64,000 bases of DNA from Candidatus Omnitrophota bacterium (lineage in GTDB: Bacteria > Omnitrophota > Gorgyraeia > 2-01-FULL-45-10). This document shows positions 1 through 11,214 of this stretch, piece after piece. The notes below the pieces were generated by a model. The model did not search any database and had not been told where the DNA came from. It saw nothing but the letters and a program-made list of their open reading frames with translations. Every line of letters begins with the position of its first letter. Within the stretch, counting starts at the first letter, position 1. The DNA lies in NCBI GenBank assembly GCA_041650935.1, contig JBAZKH010000001.1:219337-283336 (forward strand), written 5' to 3'. The translations under genes and the position numbers were made by a program.

Positions 1-440
1 CGAAAAGAAGACAGCCTGCCAGGGTGATAGTCGATACCCATCTTAAAACCCCGCCGAAAGCCAGGATCTTTTCCATGACGGATATTTCACCCGTTTACAT
101 AGCGACGACGAAACGCTCCGCCGGAAGAAAGGACGTCCTGACGGTCAGGGCCGATGCCGGCAAGGTCGATCTTAAGGACCTGTTGAGTAGGCTGGGGGAG
201 ATGGGTATCATGCATGTCCTGGTAGAGGGCGGCGGCGAGCTTGTTTCGAGCCTTGTCGAAAAGAGGCTCGTCGATGAGTTTCTTTTTTTCATCGCCCCGA
301 AGATAATAGGCGGCAGGCACGCGGTAACGCCGGTAGAGGGGGCGGGGATAAAAAAGATGAGCGAGGCGCTTATCTTGAAACGGTTTACACGGATACGGAA
401 ATTCAAGAGAGATATCTTGATAGAAGCAGAGGCGGGATAA
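1..440 (+). CDS. ribD: riboflavin biosynthesis protein RibD, C-terminal reductase domain (5' partial, runs off window start)
   Basis: Translation ...HVLVEGGGELVSSLVEKRLVDEFLFFIAPKIIGG matches the RibD reductase (RibD_C) domain, sits immediately upstream of riboflavin synthase, and has no start within the window. Confidence 0.7.
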   Translation, partial: KRRQPARVIVDTHLKTPPKARIFSMTDISPVYIATTKRSAGRKDVLTVRADAGKVDLKDLLSRLGEMGIMHVLVEGGGELVSSLVEKRLVDEFLFFIAPKIIGGRHAVTPVEGAGIKKMSEALILKRFTRIRKFKRDILIEAEAG

Positions 441-467
441 TGGCCTGCTTCAGAAGGGCGTAGCAGA

Positions 468-1106
468 ATGTTCACGGGACTTGTAAAAGAGTTGGGAGTT
501 GTGCGTAGTTTTACAAGGTCGGGCGGCGTGCGCAGGCTGGAAGTTTCTTCGGAAATAATTTCGCGGGACGCCGTGACGGGAGATAGTATATCGGTTAACG
601 GGTCCTGCCTGACACTCGTCGAAAAAGAGCGGGAACTTTTAAGATTCGATGTAATGGAAGAGACCGTCCGCAGGACAGCCCTCGCGGCAATAGCTAAGGG
701 TGAGAGCGTGAACCTGGAAGATTCGGTAAAGGCGGGCGGTCCGCTTGGCGGACATTTCGTCCTGGGTCACGTAGATTGCGCGGGCGTAATAAAACGGATA
801 GAAAGAGCAGGGGGAGAATTTATCATAGAAGTGGGATTTCCGCCGGAATTCAGCCATCTGGTGGTCGAAAAGGGATCCGTTGCGCTCGATGGCATAAGCC
901 TGACGGTTGGAGAGGCCGGGGATGGCGGTTTCAAGGTCTATATAATACCACATACCATGAAGATGACGAACCTGTCGAAAAGGCGCGCCCGGGATAAGGT
1001 AAACATAGAATTCGACATCGTCGGTAAATACTTGAGCCGGTTCCGGGAACTGGATAAGCGCCGCGGCGGCGTCACCGAACAATTCCTCAAACAAATGGGG
1101 TTTTAG
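468..1106 (+). CDS. ribE: riboflavin synthase (alpha subunit)
   Basis: N-terminus MFTGLVKELG..., two lumazine-binding repeats, ~212 aa, ATG start. Confidence 0.85.
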   Translation: MFTGLVKELGVVRSFTRSGGVRRLEVSSEIISRDAVTGDSISVNGSCLTLVEKERELLRFDVMEETVRRTALAAIAKGESVNLEDSVKAGGPLGGHFVLGHVDCAGVIKRIERAGGEFIIEVGFPPEFSHLVVEKGSVALDGISLTVGEAGDGGFKVYIIPHTMKMTNLSKRRARDKVNIEFDIVGKYLSRFRELDKRRGGVTEQFLKQMGF

Positions 1107-1180
1107 TAAATTTTTCGTACGAAAGGGCGATTGCCGGTAGCTGTCCTGCAGGACTACGTAAAAATTTCACGGGTGAAAGA

Positions 1181-1212
1181 TTTGACGGGGGTGTGCTTTC
1201 GTGATATATTTT
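1181..1212 (+). promoter_or_regulatory. candidate sigma-70 promoter (TTGACG-17-TATATT) for the downstream small secreted protein
   Basis: tttgacgggggtgtgctttcgtgatatatt followed by AGGAGG RBS; by eye. Confidence 0.3.
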
Positions 1213-1231
1213 ATCCAACAGGAGGATGAGG

Positions 1232-1570
1232 ATGACAAAGAGAGTCGCTCTGATCGGATTGGTAATATTTTTATTTGCGGTTGCGTTTACGACTCAGGGG
1301 TATTGCGATGACCCGATAAAGAAGCTGGGCCGCGGGTTGTGTAATATGGGCACCTGTATTTGCGAAGTGCCCTTGCATGTTTCCAGGGTAAACGAGACAG
1401 ATGGTCCTATGGCAAGTCTCACGTGGGGCATTCTGAAAGGTACAGGGATGACCGTTGTCAGGCTGGCTGCGGGCGCGTACGAGGTATTGACGTTTCCTTT
1501 TCCTATACCTAAGGATTATGTGCCCATAATGCGGGATCCTGAATTTTTCTTCGAAGAGCAAAATTGGTAG
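1232..1570 (+). CDS. small secreted hypothetical protein (signal peptide, Cys-rich)
   Basis: MTKRVALIGLVIFLFAVAFT signal-like N-terminus. The second ATG, spaced from the AGGAGG RBS, is preferred over the track start at 1226. No confident family assignment. Confidence 0.5.
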   Translation: MTKRVALIGLVIFLFAVAFTTQGYCDDPIKKLGRGLCNMGTCICEVPLHVSRVNETDGPMASLTWGILKGTGMTVVRLAAGAYEVLTFPFPIPKDYVPIMRDPEFFFEEQNW

Positions 1571-1596
1571 AAGCCGGATATTGGCGGATTATTGAG

Positions 1597-1632
1597 GCCC
1601 CGGGAACAAAAATCCCGGGGCTTTTTATTTTC
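1597..1632 (+). terminator. rho-independent terminator
   Basis: gccccggga-acaaaaa-tcccggggc stem-loop followed by tttttattttc. Confidence 0.8.
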
Positions 1633-1838
1633 GATAAAAATCAGGATAGAATCCTGCGTTTGCCGAAGGATTTTGTGTTTGCTCATAATTTCGTAATATG
1701 ATAATATAGTGAGGCTAAATATATAATGATACATTCGGGACCAAAAGGTCGTGGGTTCCCCAGCCTTGAGCTATCCTCCGGGCGGGAAAATCCCGATGTA
1801 GTAGAAATTTTTTAGGTTGCAACAATGTTCAAATTCTT

Positions 1839-1915
1839 CGGGGCGTAGCGCAGCTGGCTAGCGCGCTTGGTTCGGGACCAAGAGGTCAGCGGTTCAAATC
1901 CGCTCGCCCCGACCA
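1839..1915 (+). tRNA. tRNA-Pro (anticodon CGG)
   Basis: 77-nt cloverleaf: acceptor CGGGGCG/CGCCCCG, D-arm GCGC..GCGC, anticodon stem CTTGG/CCAAG with loop TTCGGGA (anticodon CGG at 1873-1875), T-arm AGCGG-TTCAAAT-CCGCT, discriminator A and encoded CCA. Confidence 0.9.
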
Positions 1916-1972
1916 TTCTGCTTCGCCGTTCTCGGGTTAAACCGAGGTACGGCTTCGCAGGAATGTGTTCTT

Positions 1973-2263
1973 ATGCCCAAGAAAACTCTTACCAATAAAC
2001 ATCTCCATCTATACTATTCCGGATCGGTCCAGGGTGTGGGTTTCAGATATATGGCCGAGAGGACAGCGGACTCTTTGAAATTGACCGGGTGGGTGCGAAA
2101 TATATCCGACGGCCGGGTAGAGATAGTTTGCGAAGGCCCTGACGCGGACCTGCAAACATTTATCCGCAAGATGGACGAGATGTTTAAGGGCTATATCCGC
2201 GACGTCGATATGGAATGGAATGGGTTTACCGGCGAATTCAGCGGTTTTGATGTAAGGTTCTGA
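1973..2263 (+). CDS. acyP: acylphosphatase
   Basis: 96 aa with the VQGVGFR acylphosphatase signature. Confidence 0.85.
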   Translation: MPKKTLTNKHLHLYYSGSVQGVGFRYMAERTADSLKLTGWVRNISDGRVEIVCEGPDADLQTFIRKMDEMFKGYIRDVDMEWNGFTGEFSGFDVRF

Positions 2264-2265
2264 CT

Positions 2266-2994
2266 ATGCGATACGGCCTGATATCGGATATACACGCTAA
2301 TCTCGAGGCGCTTGATGCTGTTTTGGCCTCAGCTGCCAAAGAGCGTCTCGATGCGTACATGTGTATCGGCGATATAGTCGGCTACGGCGCAAATCCCAAA
2401 GAGTGCGTAGAGATAATAAAAGCGCTTAAACCTAAAGCGGTGATAGCCGGAAATCACGATTGGGGTACGCTGGGGCTATTGGACCTGGAGTATTTCAATG
2501 AGGAGGCGCGCTGCGCTATAGCCTGGACCAGAGGCGTGATCGGCCAGCCGGAAACCGATTATTTGAAGAGTTTTGAGCTGACTTGGTCCGATGATAATAT
2601 TACCCTGGTGCACGGCTCTCTGGACGGGCCCCAGGAATTTCATTACATCTTCGAGGCAAAAGATGCCGGCAATACTTTTCATATTTCCAGGACAGCGTTG
2701 TGTGTTGTCGGGCATTCGCACATCGCCGGTATCTTCTATCACGATGGGCAGGTTTCCGGCCGGGTCGAAGGTGCGTCGGTGCGTATAGAAGACGGAAAAA
2801 AGTACGTTGTTAATATCGGCAGTGTCGGCCAGCCGCGCGACGGTGACCCGCGCTCATCCTATGCGGTATATAATGCGGATGAAGGTGTTGTGGAGATCAA
2901 ACGGGTCGCCTATAATATCGAAAAGGCTCAGCAGAAAATTTTGTCCGCAGGCTTGCCGGAATGGCTCGCCGCGAGACTTGCCAAGGGACGCTAA
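2266..2994 (+). CDS. metallophosphoesterase (calcineurin-like, YfcE-like)
   Basis: LISDIHAN...GDIVGYG...GNHD motifs of the metallophosphatase fold. Confidence 0.8.
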   Translation: MRYGLISDIHANLEALDAVLASAAKERLDAYMCIGDIVGYGANPKECVEIIKALKPKAVIAGNHDWGTLGLLDLEYFNEEARCAIAWTRGVIGQPETDYLKSFELTWSDDNITLVHGSLDGPQEFHYIFEAKDAGNTFHISRTALCVVGHSHIAGIFYHDGQVSGRVEGASVRIEDGKKYVVNIGSVGQPRDGDPRSSYAVYNADEGVVEIKRVAYNIEKAQQKILSAGLPEWLAARLAKGR

Positions 2995-5013
<2,019 letters not shown>

Positions 5014-5099
5014 TTTGTTAAAGCGGGATCCAAATTCGAATTTTGAATTTGCTTGGAATTTCGACGTTCAGATCTCGGATTTGATAAGAGGGGAATCCT

Positions 5100-5642
5100 A
5101 TGGAAAGACGGTTTCATGTGTTGCTTGCGGTTGTTCTAGTCTTAAGCCTTACCGGATGCGATGCGGTCCAGCGAAAATTCACGCGCAAAAAAAAGGTGGT
5201 CAAGGCGCCGCGCATCTACCAGATCAAAAAATATCCGGTCAGACCTCCTGCGGAACTTTATAAGAAACATTACTCATACTGGCAGTCATGGCAGGCGGAG
5301 CTTATACAGGTCTTCGGGCAAAACAGCAAGAAAGATAAGAGATGCGTTGAGGAGGCTATCGGACAGCTTAAAGATATGCGGAATATCCTCATACCGTCGA
5401 AAGCGGAGGAGCTGGAGCGCCATATAGGGAGGATGGAGGAGGCGCGTAATGTCATATTGAGGAGCCAGCTTACCTTTGCTAACAGAGATAGTCTGAGAAT
5501 GACATTCGAGCGGGAGGAGCGTGTTATCAGGAGGGAGTTCGCGTACGATAAAGTTAAGGATTCTCTCAGGAAGACAATGGAAGAAGAGGAGCCTCCAAAA
5601 TTGACTATGGCGGAAGGGGCCGGCATTGAATCCCAGAAATGA
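5100..5642 (+). CDS. hypothetical lipoprotein
   Basis: Signal peptide with lipobox LSLTGC; charged helical remainder; no family recognised. Confidence 0.55.
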   Translation: MERRFHVLLAVVLVLSLTGCDAVQRKFTRKKKVVKAPRIYQIKKYPVRPPAELYKKHYSYWQSWQAELIQVFGQNSKKDKRCVEEAIGQLKDMRNILIPSKAEELERHIGRMEEARNVILRSQLTFANRDSLRMTFEREERVIRREFAYDKVKDSLRKTMEEEEPPKLTMAEGAGIESQK

Positions 5643-6258
5643 TCCCGATATTTTATTAAAGACCTTTATCGTGGGGCCGCTTGCCGTAAATAGCTACCTG
5701 TTGGCCGATAAATCCACAAAAGACGCCTGCCTGATAGACCCGGGCGCGGACCACGGGCGGATAAAAGCATATATAGCCAAGAGCGGTTTCAGCCTGAAGT
5801 TCATAATCAATACACACGGACATGGCGATCACATCGGTTCTAACGGGAATTTCAACGTCCCTATCTATATCCACAGGCTTGACAAAGATTTTTTGACGGA
5901 TCCCGGCAAGAACATGTCGCGCGTTTTCTTCTTCTGCATAAGATCTCCCGAGGCTTCAAGGCTGCTTGAGGACGGCGACCGGATCGATCTCGGGAAGATC
6001 CGGTTGATCGTTATGCATACTCCGGGCCACACGCCGGGGTCGATCTCTTTAAGCGCCGGCGGGATCGTCTTTACCGGCGATACGTTATTCAATATGAGCG
6101 TGGGCAGGACTGATTTCGATTATGGCGACGAGCGGGCGCTATTCGATTCGATAAAAAATAGGCTCTTTACGCTTCCCGACGATACCGTTATCTATCCCGG
6201 CCACGGCGATCCGTCGACGATAGGCGAGGAGAAGAGGTCGAACCCATTTCTGAACTGA
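5626..6258 (+). CDS. MBL-fold metallo-hydrolase
   Basis: HGHGDH zinc-binding motif (INTHGHGDHIG), ~210 aa, glyoxalase-II-like. Confidence 0.85.
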   Translation: MNPRNDPDILLKTFIVGPLAVNSYLLADKSTKDACLIDPGADHGRIKAYIAKSGFSLKFIINTHGHGDHIGSNGNFNVPIYIHRLDKDFLTDPGKNMSRVFFFCIRSPEASRLLEDGDRIDLGKIRLIVMHTPGHTPGSISLSAGGIVFTGDTLFNMSVGRTDFDYGDERALFDSIKNRLFTLPDDTVIYPGHGDPSTIGEEKRSNPFLN

Positions 6259-6289
6259 TAAAAAGAATCTTACCCGGCAGGATAGGTAT

Positions 6290-7177
6290 ATGGAGCATTT
6301 GATCGAAGAGTTTCTGAATTATCTTACGGTCGAAAAGGGCCTTAGCAAGAATACGATAGCGGCCTATGGGGCAGACCTTCGCCGTTTTGCCGGCCGTATG
6401 AGTGCCGTAGGGATAAAAGATATCGGCAGGATAAGGCGGCAGGACGTGATGAGCTACCTTCTTTATCTTAAAGATAAAGGGATAGGCAGTAATTCGATAT
6501 CGCGCGCTCTGGTAGCCATAAAGATGTTCTACAGGTTCCTTGTGCAGGAGCACCTTGCGAAAGAGGATGTCTCGGGCGTGATAGAGTCCCCGAGACTTAT
6601 AAGGGGCCTGCCGGATGTCCTTAATATCGATGAAGTCGATAAACTGCTCGGCATGCCGGACTTAAAAGACAATGTGGGGATACGGGACAGGGCTGTGCTC
6701 GAACTTATGTATGCCTCGGGAATGAGGGTTTCGGAGATAGTCGATATCCCTAAAGAAGGCGTTAATCTCGATGTGGGTTTTGTAAAGTGCAGGGGCAAGG
6801 GCGACAAAGAGCGGATCGTACCCATAGGCAGGAAGGCTAAAGAGGCTATAGCGCGATATCTGGAGAAGGTCAGGCCTGCGATGCTTAAAGGTAAAGAGGA
6901 CCCGCACCTCTTCATTTCGCGGCTCGGCAGGAAGATATCGCGCCAGTCTTTCTGGAAGATGATAAAACGGTACACGAAACTCGCGCGGATAAAGAAAGAG
7001 ATTACGCCGCATACCCTCAGGCACAGTTTTGCGACGCACCTTCTGGAGAAGGGCGCGGATTTGAGGGTCGTGCAGGAGATGCTGGGCCATTCCGATATCG
7101 CGACGACGCAGATCTATACGCACGTCGATAAGACGCGGTTAAAATTAATACACAAACAATTCCATCCGCGGGCGTAA
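6290..7177 (+). CDS. xerD: tyrosine recombinase XerD (XerC/XerD family)
   Basis: Catalytic region HTLRHSFATHLLEKGADLRVVQEMLGHSDIATTQIYTHV and a C-terminal ...HPRA, as in E. coli XerD. Confidence 0.85.
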   Translation: MEHLIEEFLNYLTVEKGLSKNTIAAYGADLRRFAGRMSAVGIKDIGRIRRQDVMSYLLYLKDKGIGSNSISRALVAIKMFYRFLVQEHLAKEDVSGVIESPRLIRGLPDVLNIDEVDKLLGMPDLKDNVGIRDRAVLELMYASGMRVSEIVDIPKEGVNLDVGFVKCRGKGDKERIVPIGRKAKEAIARYLEKVRPAMLKGKEDPHLFISRLGRKISRQSFWKMIKRYTKLARIKKEITPHTLRHSFATHLLEKGADLRVVQEMLGHSDIATTQIYTHVDKTRLKLIHKQFHPRA

Positions 7178-7220
7178 GACGATTCTGCCGTCAGTTTGCA
7201 ATATCCCGAGGCCTATGGCC

Positions 7221-7475
7221 GAGGGGAAAATTTTTCGATGCAACATAGGAATGTGTTGTGTCAATGTGGCTCGCTTAGGACGCGAAATTTTCAGCCATGT
7301 GAAAATTTCGCTCGGTAAAATTTCTCGTACGCTGCCTCGAAATTTTAACGCCTTAGCTCACCACATCGCCACATCACATTCTCGCATATCGGAAAATTTA
7401 ACTGAAGAAACAGTAAACGCCGCTTTAACGCGGCCACAAAAAGTTCCCGCCATCTGAGGAACGAAAAATTTCACC
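7221..7475. repeat. MITE-like palindromic element, copy L (~255 bp; terminal inverted repeats gaggggaaaatttttcga / cgaaaaatttcacc)
   Basis: Internally self-complementary, e.g. ggaatgtgttgtgtcaatgtgg vs ccacatcgccacatcacattc and gcgaaattttcagccatgtgaaaatttcgc. Copy R is its reverse complement over ~170 nt. Carries periodic A4T3-5 tracts. Confidence 0.7.
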
Positions 7476-7507
7476 GATTGTTTACATCAAGGCGGAGTAA
7501 AAATACA

Positions 7508-8254
7508 ATGATGACTGATAACCAAAAACGAGAATTAACGGAAGAATACATTCTAGCCGCCTCTGATGTAAGAAAGTTAATTTCAGAAACAGCAACGTTC
7601 TGTCAGTCATTAAAACACGCTAAAGCTATCGATCATTGCAGGCATGGACTAACGAGAAGAATGTTTTTATTAACAAGATGCTTAGAGCAGTTCCTTAATA
7701 TTTCTCCTCCGCAAAGAACTGAGCATTTGAAAATGGAGGAGAAGTATGATTTAGATATATTTTTACATGCTTTTCTTATGAATATAAGTGGTGGAATTAA
7801 TAATTTGGCTTGGATTTTGTTTTATGAGAAGGGCGTGTGTGAAAAAGAAGATGAAAAGAGGTTTAAAAGAAATATAAATTTGTTTAATAAAGAATTTCAA
7901 CGATATTCGAACGAAACAATTATAAAAAAATGCGATGACTATAAAGATTGGCACAAGAATTTGACAAATTTTCGAGATCCGATAGCTCATCGTATTCCGC
8001 CTTATATTATCCCTTCCATAATGAATGATGCTGAAACAGAAAAACATCGAAAGTTATGGAATGACTTTTTCAAGACCAAAGATTTAGACAAGAGAAACAT
8101 TATTTTGAACGATATGGATAAAATAGGTGTTTATGAACCAACATATACACATTCTTATGTGGAAAAAAGTGATATAATATTTTTCCATCCGCGGAATATT
8201 TCAGATATCAAAATATTTAAAGATATCGTTGAAACAGTAATAAATAATTTTTAA
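7508..8254 (+). CDS. AT-rich hypothetical protein; possible HEPN/abortive-infection-like (Rx4H motif)
   Basis: ~248 aa. Much lower GC than its neighbours. Contains FRDPIAHR (R-x4-H, a HEPN-type motif). RBS GGAG precedes the ATG at 7508; the track start at 7478 is TTG. Tightly bracketed by the two MITE-like copies. Confidence 0.6.
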   Translation: MMTDNQKRELTEEYILAASDVRKLISETATFCQSLKHAKAIDHCRHGLTRRMFLLTRCLEQFLNISPPQRTEHLKMEEKYDLDIFLHAFLMNISGGINNLAWILFYEKGVCEKEDEKRFKRNINLFNKEFQRYSNETIIKKCDDYKDWHKNLTNFRDPIAHRIPPYIIPSIMNDAETEKHRKLWNDFFKTKDLDKRNIILNDMDKIGVYEPTYTHSYVEKSDIIFFHPRNISDIKIFKDIVETVINNF

Positions 8255-8292
8255 ATACCACCTTGGATTTTAGCGGGCATTAGTACTAGTTT

Positions 8293-8525
8293 GAGGGGGA
8301 AAATTTTTCGAGTCTAGTAGTAAGAATGTGATGTGGCGATCGTAGTTGGAAACCGAGGCGTTTGTGCCGAGCAGGGCCTTAAAAGTTCGAGGCAGCGTAC
8401 GAGAACTTTTACGGAGCGAATTTTTTGCATGGTCAAAAAATTCGCGTCCCGCGAGGTACAACGCCGATGGTTTCCGCGAACTACTCGACACAGCACATTC
8501 TTATGGTTTAGCGAAAAATTTTCTG
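8293..8525. repeat. MITE-like palindromic element, copy R (inverted relative to copy L)
   Basis: Starts gagggggaaaatttttcga and ends cgaaaaattttc. Shares agaatgtgatgtggcgat, cgaggcagcgtacgagaa and gcgaattttttgcatggtcaaaaaattcgc with the reverse complement of copy L. Confidence 0.7.
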
Positions 8526-8535
8526 AAGAGAGCCT

Positions 8536-11148
8536 ATGGACTTAATCACAACACACATTAACGCCGATTTTGACGCCCTGGGATCGCTCGTGGCGGCGAA
8601 GAAGCTCTACCCAGACTCGCGTCTGCTCTTGCCCGGCTCACAGGAGGAGGCCGTGCGCGAGTTCCTCGCGCTCGCCAAGGAGCTCGTTGCCGTCGAAAGC
8701 GAACGGGAGTGCCGGCTCGACGATGTCGACAGGCTCATCCTCGTCGATACGCGCCATGCCTCGCGCATCGGCATCGCCGCGGAGCTCGTCGATAAAGATG
8801 CGGAGGTTCACATATACGACCATCACCCTAGGATGAAGGGCGATATAGTGGCCGACAAAGATGTCTATGAGGAAGTCGGCGCCACAGTCACGATCCTTGC
8901 CGATATAATCAGAAAGAAGAAGATAAAATTATCGTATCTCGAGGCCACCATAATGCTCCTCGGGATTTACGAGGAGACGGGCTCGCTTACCTACCGGGCG
9001 ACGACGCGGCTCGATGTGGACATGGTGAGCTTTCTCCTGTCGCAGGGCGCGAACCTGCCGGCGGTATCGAGCTACCTTAACAGGGAGGTGAGCCAGGAGG
9101 CTCTCCCGCTCCTTACCAGGCTCATTAATTCGACCGAAAGAGTCTCCATAAAAGGCGTTTCCGTATCTATTATCGAAATAGACAGCGAAAGTTACGTGAG
9201 CGATTTCGGGGAGCTCCTCCACAAGCTTATGGATATCGAAAACATCAATGTTCTCTTCGTGTTGATAAGATCGCCGAAGGGCAGGATAGATGTCATAGGA
9301 AGGAGCAGGATACCCGGCGTAGATGTCAATAAGGTATTGGGCCATTTCGGCGGCGGCGGCCATCCGGGCGCCGCCAGCGCGAAGATCCGCGGCAAGGATA
9401 GCGCGTCGATAAGGCGCAAGCTTGTTGATCTCCTGAAGTCCGGCATCAAAGTTGCGGTGTATGCGGAAGACATGATGTCGAAAGACGTCCGGGGCTTGAG
9501 CGTAAACAAAACGATAGACGCAGCAAGGCGGCTCTTCGACAGGCGCCGGATCGACGGCATGCCGGTCGTCAAAGGCGGCAGGATAGTGGGGATAATAACT
9601 TCCGACGGTATAAACAAGGCTATAAAACGCGGTTTTGGGCACTCGAGGCTAAAAGGATATATGTCGCGGCGGATTACTGTCGTCAAGCCGAAGACGCCCC
9701 TGCACCTGATACAGAAGATGATCCTCGAAGAAAATATAGGCGTCCTTCCGGTTGTAAAAGAGAAAAAGGTGTTGGGCATCATACGCCGGACCGATATCTT
9801 AAAGAGTATTCACCGGGGGCTCTTCCTGCGGCCGCATCATGCCGTAAAGAGAGTGACCTTGAATCTTTCGAAGAAGATGGAACTCCTGCTGCCGAAGAAT
9901 ATTATGCGCCTTTTGCGGCATATCGGCAATGCCGCCAAGGCAAAAGGCCATACCTCTTTTATTGTCGGAGGACTGGTCCGCGATCTCATCCTGGGCGCGA
10001 AGAATCTCGACCTGGATATAGTCGTGGAAGGGAAGGCCATCGAACTTGGCAGGGAATTGGCGAAAGAGCTGGGCGCAACGCTTGTCGAACATAGAAGGTT
10101 CGGGACCTGTTCGATAATTACCGGAGAGCGGTTGAAGATAGATCTGGCTGCCGCAAGGAGGGAAGTTTATGAAAGACCGGCGGCGCTGCCTACGGTTGAA
10201 TTCAGTTCATTGAAAGACGATCTTATAAGGAGGGACTTTACCATAAACGCCATGGCGGTCAGCCTGAATAAGGAGAGTTTTGGACAGCTGATAGATTTCT
10301 TCGGAGGAGAGCGCGACCTTGCCAGGGGGGTTATAAAGGTGATGCACGACGAAAGCTTCATCGATGATCCGACGCGCATATTCAGGGCGGTGCGGTTCGA
10401 GCAGAGATTCGGTTTTGCGATAGACGGCCACACGGAGGACCTCATAAAATTTGCTATCAAAAAAGAGATGTTCAAGAAAGTCGAGCCGCAGAGGATACGC
10501 GACGAGGTGGTCCTGATCCTGAAAGAGGAGGACCCGTATAAGGCCATCAGGCGCATGGCCGAGCTAGACGAGCTCAGGTTCCTCCACTCGAAGATAAAAT
10601 TCGATAAGTCCGCCGCGCGGCTGTACGGTGCGGTGAGCATGATTTGTGATTGGTTCGAAGGCTCGACATTCAAAAAACGCGCCGCCGAAAGGTGGCTCAT
10701 CTATCTTATGGCGTTATTCGACCGTTTGAGTTATAATGATGTCTCCTCGATCTGCGGTAAATTCGTATTCAGGCGGTCAGAAAAGATAAGGTTGTTGTCG
10801 GCCAAAGAGAGCGCCGATAAGGTCGTGAGGGTTCTCGGCGCTAAACGGGCTCTGCCGCCCAGCCGTATATTCAAACTTCTGGAACCTCTTTCATTCGAGG
10901 CGATACTATTTATAATGGCAAAAACCGAATCCGGGAAGGTGAGGGGCCGGATCGAAGACTTCTTCCGCAAGTTTAACGGCGCAAGAGTGGCGATAAAGGG
11001 CGAGGACATCAAGAAGATGGGTTTAAAGCCGTGCCCGCAGTATAAAACCATTCTCGATAAAGTTTTGCTGGCCAAACTGGACGGCAAAGTCGGTACACGC
11101 GCACGAGAGCTTGCCTATGCCGCGCGGCTGGTAAAGAAGGTAATGTAA
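8536..11148 (+). CDS. multidomain DHH/DHHA1 phosphoesterase - CBS pair - tRNA nucleotidyltransferase/poly(A) polymerase (CCA-adding enzyme family)
   Basis: N-terminal DHH (DFDALGS, DHH-like motifs, GGGGH of DHHA1), two CBS-like segments, then the NTase head GGLVRDLILGAKNLDLDIVVEG and an RNA-binding tail; 870 aa. Confidence 0.8.
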   Translation: MDLITTHINADFDALGSLVAAKKLYPDSRLLLPGSQEEAVREFLALAKELVAVESERECRLDDVDRLILVDTRHASRIGIAAELVDKDAEVHIYDHHPRMKGDIVADKDVYEEVGATVTILADIIRKKKIKLSYLEATIMLLGIYEETGSLTYRATTRLDVDMVSFLLSQGANLPAVSSYLNREVSQEALPLLTRLINSTERVSIKGVSVSIIEIDSESYVSDFGELLHKLMDIENINVLFVLIRSPKGRIDVIGRSRIPGVDVNKVLGHFGGGGHPGAASAKIRGKDSASIRRKLVDLLKSGIKVAVYAEDMMSKDVRGLSVNKTIDAARRLFDRRRIDGMPVVKGGRIVGIITSDGINKAIKRGFGHSRLKGYMSRRITVVKPKTPLHLIQKMILEENIGVLPVVKEKKVLGIIRRTDILKSIHRGLFLRPHHAVKRVTLNLSKKMELLLPKNIMRLLRHIGNAAKAKGHTSFIVGGLVRDLILGAKNLDLDIVVEGKAIELGRELAKELGATLVEHRRFGTCSIITGERLKIDLAAARREVYERPAALPTVEFSSLKDDLIRRDFTINAMAVSLNKESFGQLIDFFGGERDLARGVIKVMHDESFIDDPTRIFRAVRFEQRFGFAIDGHTEDLIKFAIKKEMFKKVEPQRIRDEVVLILKEEDPYKAIRRMAELDELRFLHSKIKFDKSAARLYGAVSMICDWFEGSTFKKRAAERWLIYLMALFDRLSYNDVSSICGKFVFRRSEKIRLLSAKESADKVVRVLGAKRALPPSRIFKLLEPLSFEAILFIMAKTESGKVRGRIEDFFRKFNGARVAIKGEDIKKMGLKPCPQYKTILDKVLLAKLDGKVGTRARELAYAARLVKKVM

Positions 11149-11214
11149 GCGCATAGTGAATAGCGGAGTGGCGATACTATACGCTATTTGTTACACGTTG
11201 CTAGAGAGGATAAT

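Noticed and set aside
1640-1838. Possible small RNA in the AT-rich region upstream of tRNA-Pro (gggaccaaaaggtcgtgggttcccc...)
   Set aside because: Only weak, short stems were found, and there is no match to the tmRNA, SRP, 6S or RNase P conserved cores that I can recognise. It is probably promoter or spacer DNA.
6290-7177. Interpretation of the recombinase as a phage or ICE integrase marking a prophage
   Set aside because: The C-terminal ...HPRA and overall length match housekeeping XerD, and no phage structural or replication genes follow. The adjacent mobile feature is only the small MITE/HEPN cassette.
7215-7457. 80-aa + strand ORF, together with the 8270-8561 ORFs on both strands (peptides SRTLPRNFNAL / SRTLPRTFKAL)
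   Set aside because: They lie inside the two MITE-like palindromic elements. The peptide similarity is a by-product of the inverted nucleotide repeat, and there is no RBS.
8929-9642. 237-aa ORF on the - strand
   Set aside because: Antisense inside the DHH-CBS-CCA gene.
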